64,000 nucleotides of DNA. It comes from an uncultured Spirochaetota bacterium (GTDB lineage: Bacteria; Spirochaetota; Brevinematia; Brevinematales; JAOACQ01). The stretch lies in NCBI GenBank assembly GCA_963835575.1, contig CAWIGG010000005.1, forward strand, positions 160,001-224,000, written 5' to 3'. Both the position numbers and the translations under genes were made by a program. Below are positions 1 through 8,761 of the stretch, piece after piece; the stretch's first letter is position 1, and every line of letters starts with the position of its first letter. The notes under the pieces are model-generated. The model was not told where the DNA came from and searched no databases. It saw only the letters and a program-made list of their open reading frames with translations.

Positions 1-33
1 TTCGCAAACGCCTACCGTTAAATGTCATGCCTC
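1..33 (+). other. 3' half of integron attC site (R' core GTTAAAT at 17-23)
   Basis: TTCGCAAACGCCTACC-GTTAAAT fits GTTRRRY. Bases 17-33 are complementary (14/17) to 662-678 after the gene, as expected for a cassette. The site is cut by the window edge. Confidence 0.6.
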
Positions 34-61
34 GCAACGATAATATTTAAGGAGTTATAAA

Positions 62-652
62 ATGTTTCATAATATTTCATCAAAAATATTACAAAGAATG
101 AATTATTTAGAGGAAATTGATCGAAAAGATAGAAATGATGGAACACCAAGAATGCAAAGATTAAGACAAATTCCTCCAGAAACAGGTAAATTTATATCGC
201 TGATAGCTTCAAGCTGTCCAAACGGCGAATTTATTGAAATCGGAACAAGTGCAGGTTATTCAACAATGTGGCTGTCCTTAGCGGCAAAAGAAAGAAATAT
301 TAGAATCAAAACTTTTGAAATATTGCCGGAAAAAATAAAATTAGCTAAAGAAACATTTAAAATAGCTGATATTGAAAATTATGTCGAATTGATTGAAGGA
401 GATTTCTTAGAAAAAGGAAAAAATATAAATAACATAGCTTTTTGTTTTTTAGATGCGGAAAAGGAAATATATGAAAAAAGTTTTGACATCGTTTCAGCAA
501 ATTTGGTAAAAAATGGTTTGATTATAGCTGATAATGCTATTAATCATTATGAAAAAATAAAACCGATGATTGATAAAGCAGAAAATGATAATAGTTTTGA
601 TTGTTTAACAGTACCGATTGGAAAAGGTGAATTTCTATGTAGAAAAATATAA
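62..652 (+). CDS. SAM-dependent O-methyltransferase (Methyltransf_3-like), probable integron cassette gene
   Basis: EIGTSAGYS motif I, FLDAEK, IIADN; AAGGAG RBS; very AT-rich. Confidence 0.85.
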   Translation: MFHNISSKILQRMNYLEEIDRKDRNDGTPRMQRLRQIPPETGKFISLIASSCPNGEFIEIGTSAGYSTMWLSLAAKERNIRIKTFEILPEKIKLAKETFKIADIENYVELIEGDFLEKGKNINNIAFCFLDAEKEIYEKSFDIVSANLVKNGLIIADNAINHYEKIKPMIDKAENDNSFDCLTVPIGKGEFLCRKI

Positions 653-682
653 ACCGATTTTGAGGCATGGCATTCAAGAGCG

Positions 683-2360
683 GAGTCTGTCGCAAAAGCA
701 ATAAAACGAATCAGCAATGTCCTATTGAAAATGGCTTTTTTAAAATTTTATAACTTTCTCGGGTAATATGATCACTCAGTCCGGATTTTTTACTATTTTC
801 AGTCCCCTAATCCTACAATTTAATCCCCAAAGCCGCCATTTTCCTGAAATTGTACGCAATGCAGACCATATGCCAGATAGTGTTTACACTATCCAGACCG
901 CGGTAGTAAAACCTTCCGAAGTTGAAGTACTCTTTTATCGTCCCGAAAATGTGCTCGATCAGGCAGGCACGCTCATTGTAAGTTCTTTTACCTTCAATAC
1001 TCCTAAGCTTTTCCTTCATCTTGCGCCTTAATTCAACCGTTTCAAAATATTCATACTTTACATTAAACCGTTTGTTTTTTAATGCTTCCAGCTTACCGGC
1101 GCAATTTGAAAGCAGCTTGCACTTCCTGCACAACTCGCGCTTTGGATAGAAACGGTAATTCTTGACTCCCCGATCATTATAAGCTCTTTCCGCGCACATA
1201 ATCTGGCCTCCGGGGCATTTGATTTTCCTGATATTACCGTCAATTATTAATTCACAGTCTTTGGATGTTATTTTATCCTTGTTCTTTCTCTTTTTCGGAC
1301 TTCCGTCTTCTTCTTTTCCTTCGGGGATATAAAGGTCGATCTTTTTATCTTCACCGTATTGGATATTATCCGATGTGAAATATCCGGCGTCCAGCGTGAA
1401 CTTTGTGTCTTCCTTCGGCTCTTCCTGGTGATCCATTACTTCCTCTATCATCGGGACAGCAAGGTTACGGTCGCTTGCGCAGTCTGATACCATCGCGCCG
1501 GTCAGAAATTCATTTTTACTGTCAACGGCGGCCTGGCAATTATACCCGGGGCCGATTGATCCGTTATTCATTTTCATTAACCTGGCGTCTTTGTCTGTCA
1601 GGTTTACGCTTTCCGTTTCGTCTAAATTCCTGTCCTCAACTGTTTTCAGAAATTTATCTATCCCGGATTTCTGCTGTTCAAACTTCTTGAGTTTATTTGC
1701 CATCCTTTTGGAATATTTATCATCGGTATTGCTGTTCACCGTTTCCTGGAGGATTTTTAAGATCTTTTCCTCGATTTTATCCTTTTTATCCCGGAATTCC
1801 TTCGCATTCCCCGTGAAATTCCTGTTGGCCGATGCCTTTATCTTTGTACCGTCTATAGCTTCCAGTTCATAACTGATAAAACCCGATTTCGCCAGAATGT
1901 ATACCATTTTCCCGAAAATACTAACGATTTCATCCAGGTATTTATTGATAAATCTACAGATATTACTGTGGTCAACGGTGGTATTTCCCGCGAGATAAAT
2001 CGTGTTCAGGTCGTTTTTCATCCTTTTTTCTATTTTACGTGAAGTGTAAATACCGGACGCGAAGCTGTAAAACAGGACTTTCAGCATCATTGTAGGGTTG
2101 ACCGCTTTTGCTCCCGTTGTTTGATTCCGCAGTTTAACGGCAAATTCAGCGGGGGAAATATAGCTCTCAACATAATCGTCAATGACTTTGACCAGCAGAT
2201 TGTTTTCCCTGATTTTGTCGGGATCGACGGTCAGCCAGTAGATTTGATCGCGAATATATTTTTTGAATTTCCCCAGCATTTGACACCTCTTAAATATGGT
2301 TTTATTATATTCTATCGTAAGTTATGAAAAATGTACATGAAGAGCTTTTGCGACAGACTC
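683..2360 (-). mobile_element. IS1182-family insertion sequence
   Basis: Perfect 17-bp TIR GAGTCTGTCGCAAAAGC (683-699 / 2344-2360); 4-bp target duplication AGCG (679-682, 2361-2364). Confidence 0.92.
813..2279 (-). CDS. IS1182-family DDE transposase
   Basis: DUF772-like N-terminus (PTMMLKVLFY..SRKIE), AIDGTKIKA, TDKDARLMK, GYNCQ, LDAGY, IEHIFGTIK. Confidence 0.92.
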   Translation of the reverse strand: MLGKFKKYIRDQIYWLTVDPDKIRENNLLVKVIDDYVESYISPAEFAVKLRNQTTGAKAVNPTMMLKVLFYSFASGIYTSRKIEKRMKNDLNTIYLAGNTTVDHSNICRFINKYLDEIVSIFGKMVYILAKSGFISYELEAIDGTKIKASANRNFTGNAKEFRDKKDKIEEKILKILQETVNSNTDDKYSKRMANKLKKFEQQKSGIDKFLKTVEDRNLDETESVNLTDKDARLMKMNNGSIGPGYNCQAAVDSKNEFLTGAMVSDCASDRNLAVPMIEEVMDHQEEPKEDTKFTLDAGYFTSDNIQYGEDKKIDLYIPEGKEEDGSPKKRKNKDKITSKDCELIIDGNIRKIKCPGGQIMCAERAYNDRGVKNYRFYPKRELCRKCKLLSNCAGKLEALKNKRFNVKYEYFETVELRRKMKEKLRSIEGKRTYNERACLIEHIFGTIKEYFNFGRFYYRGLDSVNTIWHMVCIAYNFRKMAALGIKL

Positions 2361-2513
2361 AGCGGTTCAGTTCCCCGTATTAACCCAATTACTAATAATT
2401 ACTTTTTAATCCTCATTTAATTGTTTCATTTCAATAGAGTTAATATAATTGCAGAAAAACTCTATTTTAATTTCTTTTTTTTAACAGTCGTAGCCTAATA
2501 CCTCATTCCTCTT

Positions 2514-2611
2514 CTGTGAAATCTGTGTAATCTGTGGTTACATTACCCCTTGATCTTCTCAAATCTCAATACCCTCCGTGCCCTCCGTCTCTCTCAGTGC
2601 TCCCTGTGTTA
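2514..2611. repeat. short-period (about 9 nt) REP-like repeats
   Basis: CTGTGAAAT-CTGTGTAAT-CTGTGGTTA and CTCCGTGCC-CTCCGTCTC-TCTCAGTGC-TCCCTGTGT; a related 10-nt-period unit lies at 6035-6065. Confidence 0.5.
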
Positions 2612-2702
2612 AACTCCCGTAGGCGACTCCCAAAAGACAGGCTCCTGGTTTACTCAAATATTTCTTTTCTAACAATCCCTTCCCGTCTTGTAAGCTATAT
2701 TT

Positions 2703-2913
2703 TGGAGAAAAAGTTTACAAAAAATAATTCTTCAGTAGAATACCTCCTTGTGGAAGTTGTTGCTCACTACCCGCCTGCCTTCTGGTTTGAAACCAAGGCA
2801 CACAGGAAGATTGCCAACTCCACAAGGACCGTTTTGGTCTCTTAAAACAATTGCCAGGATATTCCCTTGAATAATCCTGTCGCTCATTACAAGGGTGCCG
2901 AAATGGAACGGTC
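2703..2913 (+). ncRNA. IS110 bridge RNA (5' stem-loop, target-binding loop, donor-binding loop)
   Basis: Three predicted stem-loops: 2703-2734, 2746-2827, 2827-2913. Internal loops match the junctions: TACCCGCCT ~ TTCCCGTCT, ACAGGAAG = rc CTTCCTGT, TAAAACAAT = right end, TTACAAG = rc CTTGTAA. RNA ends are approximate. Confidence 0.8.
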
Positions 2914-2931
2914 TGATATTTTAATCTGCTG

Positions 2932-4606
2932 TTGCCTGTCGGTTTTTATAACATGCTTCATGGACATACGGCAGGGTTCCCGTTAAAATAAAACGGGAGA
3001 AAAAGATGGCAAGATTTGAAAAGAACAGCCTGGAGCAGGGTGAGTTCCTCGCGATCAATATAGGCGAGCAGTTTGATGAGAATTCCAGAGAATTTATACT
3101 AAAAGAATTCATCAAAAACCGTATTAAACTGGAGGATTTCGCGGCTTACTATAAGAACGACCATAGAGGCAGAGAGATTAAAAATCCTCGGGATGTGATC
3201 TGTGCGGTACTCTACGGTTACATTACGGGAAATCGTATCAGCCGAAAGATAGAAGATTTGCTGAAAAAACACATTGGGTTTATGTATGTTTCAAACCGGC
3301 TGAAAATTGACCATTCGGTAATTTGCGAGTTCAAGGTACTTTTTCAGGAAAAGATCGAGGAGTTGTTCAGCCAGCTTTTATATATACTCAACGAAATGGG
3401 GTCTATAGATTGGGACATGGTAGTGGGTGACGGCACAAAGATCAAGGCCTACGCGAGTAAGAATAAGAATGTGGGAAAGAAACATACCCGGAAGCTGATG
3501 GACACTTACCAGAAGATGGCGGAAAAGATTGTGAAACAAGACCTGGAACTGGAAGAATCTTACCGGGAAGGCAAGCTGGAGCAGCCTTATTACGAAGCGG
3601 AGAAGAAGCGGGTATCAAGGCGGAAAAAGATTTACGATAGTGTTTTGAACCAAATCGATGAATACAAAAAACAGGTAGAGAGAGGGGAAAAGACAGACGA
3701 AGAATTCACCAACCTGACTGATCCCGAAAGCAAGCTGATGTCTGGAAATCCGCATAGTGTGTTTATACAGGGATATAATTCGGCGATGATGGTCAGTAAT
3801 AATGATGTGATTATAGATTTTGAAGCAATCACAACACCGGAAAAACAGCATACGGAAGAAATGGTAAAGAGGGTGGAACAGAAAAAAGCGGAATTAAAAG
3901 TTGATAAGGCTAGCAAATACCTTTTTGATTCGGGTTTTCAGGACATGGAAGAGACAATCCGGATGGTGGAGGAAGGAAAAGACCTTTATGTGGATACGAA
4001 AGAGCGGGATTTCAGTGATAAATCACAGAAGCGAAGAGACTTTAAACTGGAAAAGATTGATGACGAATATATCCTGGGATGCCGGGGCGGCCGTAAGGAA
4101 AATGGGTATTTAGATCGAAATAACCAAAGATATACATTTTTGTATTCACGGAAGGGCTGTGAAAGATGTCCATTTTTCAGTGAGTGTTATAAAAACATCA
4201 AACCGAAAACACAGCAAAAGACAGTAATTTTCAGTGAGTTTGAATTGAATAATCGGTCTAAGATTGATGCTTATTTAACAAAACTTTACAGCGAAGAAGG
4301 GCAAAAGATATACAACCGCAGGATAGGTAAAGAACACGTATTTTCAAACATCAAAACACAGAAGGGTTATGTTCAGACAGTTTACAGAGGTCAACGGAAA
4401 GTGAATTTGGAGCTATGCTGGGTATCCCTTGCGCATAATTTTATGAAATATGCCCAATATTTGAGAAAATAGAGAGGATTTTGTATAGTCTGAGTATCGA
4501 TTATTCGAAATTTATTATTAAAATCAGCTAAGCTGACAAAATTTTTATTTGCCCGCTTATTGTAAGGGGCTGGTTTGACTCCGAAAATGAAATAACCGAC
4601 AGGCAA
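2932..4606 (+). mobile_element. IS1182-family insertion sequence nested in the IS110
   Basis: 13-bp TIR TTGCCTGTCGGTT (2932-2944) / AACCGACAGGCAA (4594-4606); 4-bp duplication GCTG (2928-2931, 4607-4610). Confidence 0.9.
3006..4472 (+). CDS. IS1182-family DDE transposase
   Basis: SRKIEDL, DGTKIKAYAS, TDPESKLM, QGYN, FDSGF, EHVFSNIK. Confidence 0.9.
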   Translation: MARFEKNSLEQGEFLAINIGEQFDENSREFILKEFIKNRIKLEDFAAYYKNDHRGREIKNPRDVICAVLYGYITGNRISRKIEDLLKKHIGFMYVSNRLKIDHSVICEFKVLFQEKIEELFSQLLYILNEMGSIDWDMVVGDGTKIKAYASKNKNVGKKHTRKLMDTYQKMAEKIVKQDLELEESYREGKLEQPYYEAEKKRVSRRKKIYDSVLNQIDEYKKQVERGEKTDEEFTNLTDPESKLMSGNPHSVFIQGYNSAMMVSNNDVIIDFEAITTPEKQHTEEMVKRVEQKKAELKVDKASKYLFDSGFQDMEETIRMVEEGKDLYVDTKERDFSDKSQKRRDFKLEKIDDEYILGCRGGRKENGYLDRNNQRYTFLYSRKGCERCPFFSECYKNIKPKTQQKTVIFSEFELNNRSKIDAYLTKLYSEEGQKIYNRRIGKEHVFSNIKTQKGYVQTVYRGQRKVNLELCWVSLAHNFMKYAQYLRK

Positions 4607-4619
4607 GCTGGAGGAAAAA

Positions 4620-5894
4620 ATGCTAATCCGGGATGCTATCGGGATTGATCCCGATTCACAACAGTATGTGTGTATGTATGTCAAAGCGGAAGACTGGAAA
4701 ACGGAACGGAAAGCCTTTCCGGTTACCACAAGCGGCCTTGATAATCTGATCGAATGGACTCGGTCGAAAAATGACCCGATTATCGCCATCGAGGGAAGCA
4801 ACGGGCAGAGTAAGCCCTTAGAGAAAGTGCTTCGTAAGGAATCGATGACCTATTACTCGTTTAAAGCAAGGGATGTTGAACAAAAGAGGAAAAGCCAGCT
4901 CCCGGCGGGAAAGAACAACGAAAAGGATGCTCATGCCGCCGCTCTTTTGGCTTTAGAGCGTGAAATGAACGGTTCTCTGGAAAAATGGAGAAGGGTCTAT
5001 CCTGTTGACAGCGAATTACAGACGATAACCCGGAAATATGAAAGTGTAAGCGGCAGGATCACAGAGGAAATATCCGGGCTGTGGAAGCTTTTATGCGAGG
5101 CTTCCCCGGATGTTTACCTGTTCTTAAGCGGCAAGAATATGGAGACGGATAACAGACGTAATGTTTTGAATAGCGCAGGAGTACTGAATTTGCTGTGTAA
5201 TTGTCCCGATTTAAGCCAATGGAGGAGATTAAGCGCGGAGAAAATGAAAGAGCTGATGGGTGGAGGCTCTTATAGAGGCCGGGATAAGACCATCGCCGGC
5301 TTACAGGTAATAGCCCAAAGAATCTTGGGTGTAGCGGGCCCCATTTCCATGATGATCCGGCAATCTGCTGAAAATATTATTCTTTTGAAAGGCCATAAGG
5401 AAGAAATGAAGAAGATTTTGGATAATCTGGCTGAATCCAGGGAAGCTGTCCGGGTTTTAGCCTATGACGAATCCAATGGCAATGGGTTGAAAGGAATCGG
5501 CGTGATCACTGCCTCTACGATGATAGCCGAGATTATTCATATCAATCGTTTTGTTAAAGAGGACAGCCTGGCGTTATATGCGGGATTCGGTATGGTGGAA
5601 GATGAAACCGGAAAGAAAAATAGGGGTGAAAGAAAGAAGATGAAACATACTCACGATTATAACCGCCGTTTGAAAAACGCCTTTATGAACGCGGCCAAGA
5701 ACTTTGTTCACTGGAATCCGGACCACCATATTTCCGGCATGCACAGGAATTTGATAAAAAATGGAATGAGCAGGCTCGAAGCGAATAAAAGGGTTGCCAG
5801 AGCATTAGTCCGTAAGATATTTCGGATATTAAAGGACTATGAGTCTGAAAATATAAGGAAAATGGAAGAAAACGGGGTGGCAAAAGTGGGTTAG
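4620..5894 (+). CDS. IS110-family DEDD recombinase/transposase
   Basis: IGID, IAIEGS, KNNEKDA, GIGVITASTMIAEI, LALYAG..ETG, NRRLKNAF, RVARAL; GGAGG RBS. Confidence 0.9.
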   Translation: MLIRDAIGIDPDSQQYVCMYVKAEDWKTERKAFPVTTSGLDNLIEWTRSKNDPIIAIEGSNGQSKPLEKVLRKESMTYYSFKARDVEQKRKSQLPAGKNNEKDAHAAALLALEREMNGSLEKWRRVYPVDSELQTITRKYESVSGRITEEISGLWKLLCEASPDVYLFLSGKNMETDNRRNVLNSAGVLNLLCNCPDLSQWRRLSAEKMKELMGGGSYRGRDKTIAGLQVIAQRILGVAGPISMMIRQSAENIILLKGHKEEMKKILDNLAESREAVRVLAYDESNGNGLKGIGVITASTMIAEIIHINRFVKEDSLALYAGFGMVEDETGKKNRGERKKMKHTHDYNRRLKNAFMNAAKNFVHWNPDHHISGMHRNLIKNGMSRLEANKRVARALVRKIFRILKDYESENIRKMEENGVAKVG

Positions 5895-6093
5895 AAACCC
5901 TGCGGAAATATTCCGCGAGCAACACCTCCATTTTCTTCCGCCTTTATTATATCGAACTACTGAGGTTTTTTAAATATTTTGATCGTTTTTTTCTTGACTT
6001 AACTAAAACAATCTTCCTGTTAATTTACCCCCCAATTCGCGTCCATTAGCGTGCATTCGCGGATTATCCATCGGTCTCCCGCGAATACACAAT

Positions 6094-6124
6094 AAAAAAA
6101 CCCGGCAAATAATTGCCGGGTTTT
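6094..6124. terminator. bidirectional intrinsic terminator
   Basis: A7-CCCGGCAA..TTGCCGGG-T4, just past the VWA gene stop. Confidence 0.75.
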
Positions 6125-6140
6125 ATTCTGTTATACCATT

Positions 6141-7559
6141 TTATTTCTTCTTCTTAATCTCCCCTTCATCGAACACGATCGTGGCGCCGCCGACATTCAG
6201 AACATCGCCGGATTCCAGTATTTTTGTCTTGACGGGCTTGTTGTTGACCATCACATCTTCCTTGCTCTTAAGCGTGTAGACCTGGGTCTTGCCGTCGAAT
6301 ATGATCGTCGCATGCTCGTCTTTGACGGACGGCGCGTTCATAATGGTCAGGTCCGCGTTTTTAGACCCTCCGATGATCGTCTGGCCCTTATTTAGTAACA
6401 GCGACTTGCTGATAATCGTTCCCTTCGGCGCGTCCAGAACTTCCAGCATGGGTTTTGTATTCGTATTCTTAAATTTAATGAGCGACAACAGCCATAATAA
6501 TAGAAGGGCAAGAAGAAGCGCCAGAAGAAGCCAGAGGGTAAATTCCTTTAAAGGCATGCCGAAGAGGACGCTCGAAAAATAATACCGGGTCGAGCTTACC
6601 TTGCTGTTATCACCTGCTGTCATATCCACTTTTACATATTTTTTGAGCGCGGGCTCCATTCCTGCCTTATAGGTGATCATAAACTCATTCAGGATCTGCT
6701 CTTTGATCCTGATATAAATATTCTTCAGTTCTTCCTCGTTTTTAGCGTCAAACACCACGCCGCCCGTGTTCTGTGAGATTGTTTTCAGACCAGTGTCCTT
6801 TTTATCGTTGCCGTAGTTTATAACAAATACCGACACGCCTTCCATCAGGCTTTTTTCAATAGCTTCCTGGTATTTAAAAATCTTTGTGCCGAAATCCTTG
6901 TGCGGCTTTTTGACATATTCATAATAGGGCATATTCTCGCCATCGGAAAGAATGATGACGGCTTTTCTGCCCGACACCTGTTTGAAATCTTCCATGGCCA
7001 GATACAGGCTTGAATAAATTTCAGTCCATGCTTCCTCGCTGGACGGTTTCTTGATCTCATTCAGGTAATTCGCGATCTTATTTTTATCATTAATGGGCAT
7101 TGAATAAATAGTATAAAATGAATTAAAGGAAGCGATCCCGACCGTGTCCCTCTGGTTTTTTATGCTCTGAAGAAAATTGACAATGGCTTTTTTCGCGCTG
7201 GAGATCCGCATATTATCCTCATCCGGGGTTTCCCTTCCGTTAAAATCATCATACATACTGCCGGAATTATCCAGAAGCAGAAGAAAATTAATACCGTTTT
7301 CATAATTCGCTTCCGGCTTGAAGTTCAATATTTTAACCGGTTTGAAATTCTTCTGGTCGGCGGATTCAGATACATTAAACCTGTTCTGCTCGATGTTTTT
7401 TACAGGATTACCCTTATTGTCCAGAACGCTGATGTATAAATTAATTTTCTGATTAAGCAGTAGACGGGAATTATCAATCTGCGAGATATTGACAGAATCG
7501 CCGAACACCCATTGAAAGACAAGAAATGATAAGACTATCAAAATAGATTTTTTAAACAT
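6141..7559 (-). CDS. signal peptide + VWA domain + TM helix + C-terminal FHA-like domain
   Basis: MIDAS LLLDNSGSM, IILSDGEN; Leu-rich TM; C-terminal IIGG..HATI..LESGDVLNVG. Confidence 0.85.
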   Translation of the reverse strand: MFKKSILIVLSFLVFQWVFGDSVNISQIDNSRLLLNQKINLYISVLDNKGNPVKNIEQNRFNVSESADQKNFKPVKILNFKPEANYENGINFLLLLDNSGSMYDDFNGRETPDEDNMRISSAKKAIVNFLQSIKNQRDTVGIASFNSFYTIYSMPINDKNKIANYLNEIKKPSSEEAWTEIYSSLYLAMEDFKQVSGRKAVIILSDGENMPYYEYVKKPHKDFGTKIFKYQEAIEKSLMEGVSVFVINYGNDKKDTGLKTISQNTGGVVFDAKNEEELKNIYIRIKEQILNEFMITYKAGMEPALKKYVKVDMTAGDNSKVSSTRYYFSSVLFGMPLKEFTLWLLLALLLALLLLWLLSLIKFKNTNTKPMLEVLDAPKGTIISKSLLLNKGQTIIGGSKNADLTIMNAPSVKDEHATIIFDGKTQVYTLKSKEDVMVNNKPVKTKILESGDVLNVGGATIVFDEGEIKKKK

Positions 7560-7631
7560 AATTTACTCCTTTTCCGTCAAAGTCCGCCGGCAGCGCTTTA
7601 CGCCGCATGCGTCTCTGTATGGAATATATTT

Positions 7632-8522
7632 TTAACTATACTTGAATAAAAACTTCGCGCTGCCGATCTGTATGACATCATCAAGCTGCAGTTCTTTCTG
7701 CTCGGCAGCATCATCATTAACTTTGATCCTGCCGTTCTTCGCCTTGTTTTTAATGCTGACATTTATCCCTTTGGCTATCACTTCGGCATGATAAGATTCA
7801 ATGTCTTCATAATCCGAAAGCCTGATGTCGCTCCAGCCGGAAGTCCCGATCCTTATCTTTCTCTGATTGATCAGGAATTCCTTCCCTTTATACTTACCGT
7901 TCAATAACCTGAGGACCCCGAAAGAAAACGAGCTTTCGATAATTCCGTAAAAAAAGCCTATCATCAGCCCGAATACCAGGAACCCGATCAGCCTGGCGAT
8001 CAGGAGATTATTGATCATGAGGGGGAGATACTCTACGGCCAGCCCTCCTATGATGCCGCCGATAAGACCGCCCAGAAAACCGACCTTCATTTTATTAAAT
8101 GAAAGCGAGCGGAAGCCTTCCGTCATGCCGATAAAAATCCCCAGTATGGCCCAGCCCCCGGCCCGCGTCAGAGGCACGGCGATCTTATTAATGCTGGAAA
8201 CGGAATGAAGCAGTTTATCCCCGACTATGAATAACGCCGCCTGCCCGGCTAAAAAACCGGCGGCTCCGCCGATAACGCCTACAATAGCGCCGGTAATGAC
8301 GCCTTTCAATATTTTGCCGCTATCCGCCAGAATAATGCCTTCGCTGGAGCCGAAAAAACCGCACATAAAAATTCCGACAATGACTCCCAGGGTTATGCTG
8401 AAAATTAAATAGGAAGGAAATTTTGCCTGAAATATGATGATTGATTCCACCATGGCCCACGAAGCGAGCCCGCCGAGAAGTCCGATAATTGAAAGAAAAA
8501 CCCTTTTCATTAATGTTGACAT
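7632..8522 (-). CDS. Gly-rich multi-TM protein with C-terminal FHA-like domain
   Basis: About 6 hydrophobic helices; IRIG..YHAEV..LQLDDVIQIG. Confidence 0.8.
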   Translation of the reverse strand: MSTLMKRVFLSIIGLLGGLASWAMVESIIIFQAKFPSYLIFSITLGVIVGIFMCGFFGSSEGIILADSGKILKGVITGAIVGVIGGAAGFLAGQAALFIVGDKLLHSVSSINKIAVPLTRAGGWAILGIFIGMTEGFRSLSFNKMKVGFLGGLIGGIIGGLAVEYLPLMINNLLIARLIGFLVFGLMIGFFYGIIESSFSFGVLRLLNGKYKGKEFLINQRKIRIGTSGWSDIRLSDYEDIESYHAEVIAKGINVSIKNKAKNGRIKVNDDAAEQKELQLDDVIQIGSAKFLFKYS

Positions 8523-8547
8523 ATTCTCACTCCTTCTAAATTATTAA

Positions 8548-8760
8548 GGGCAGTTTCAGAACTGCCGCCTTTGTTTTTAATCATGCTGCCCCTCACCATT
8601 TTGTGAACTCCAGCGGTGCAGCCCCAGCAAAATGGTGAGGGGCAGCGTCGTTTTTATTAACCAAAAAGCTTTTTATATCCGGGGCAGTTTCCAATCCCCG
8701 CGTCAGTTTATTTGCTTCTCAGATGCCGATATATAGACTCGTGCAGGATTGGAACTGCAC
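8548..8760. repeat. MITE/REP-like palindrome cluster (GGCAGTT..AACTGC family)
   Basis: Nested inverted repeats (GCTGCCCCTCACCATTTTG / CAAAATGGTGAGGGGCAGC); shares TTTTTATTAACCAAAA and GGCAGTT ends with 47108-47270. Confidence 0.6.
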
Positions 8761-8761
8761 C

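Larger units (their letters stand above)
2687..6014 (+). mobile_element. IS110-family element with bridge-RNA left end and a nested IS1182
   Basis: CT core at both ends (2687-2688, 6013-6014). Joining the ends gives TTGACT-17 bp-TAAGCT. The left end is non-coding and structured, followed by a DEDD recombinase; no TIRs. Confidence 0.85.

Noticed and set aside
2534..2845. 103-aa ORF
   Set aside because: It crosses the IS110 boundary and the bridge RNA, has no RBS and no recognisable domain.
813..4472. Two 488-aa IS1182 transposases as one composite transposon
   Set aside because: Their proteins, TIRs and target duplications differ; the equal length is coincidence.
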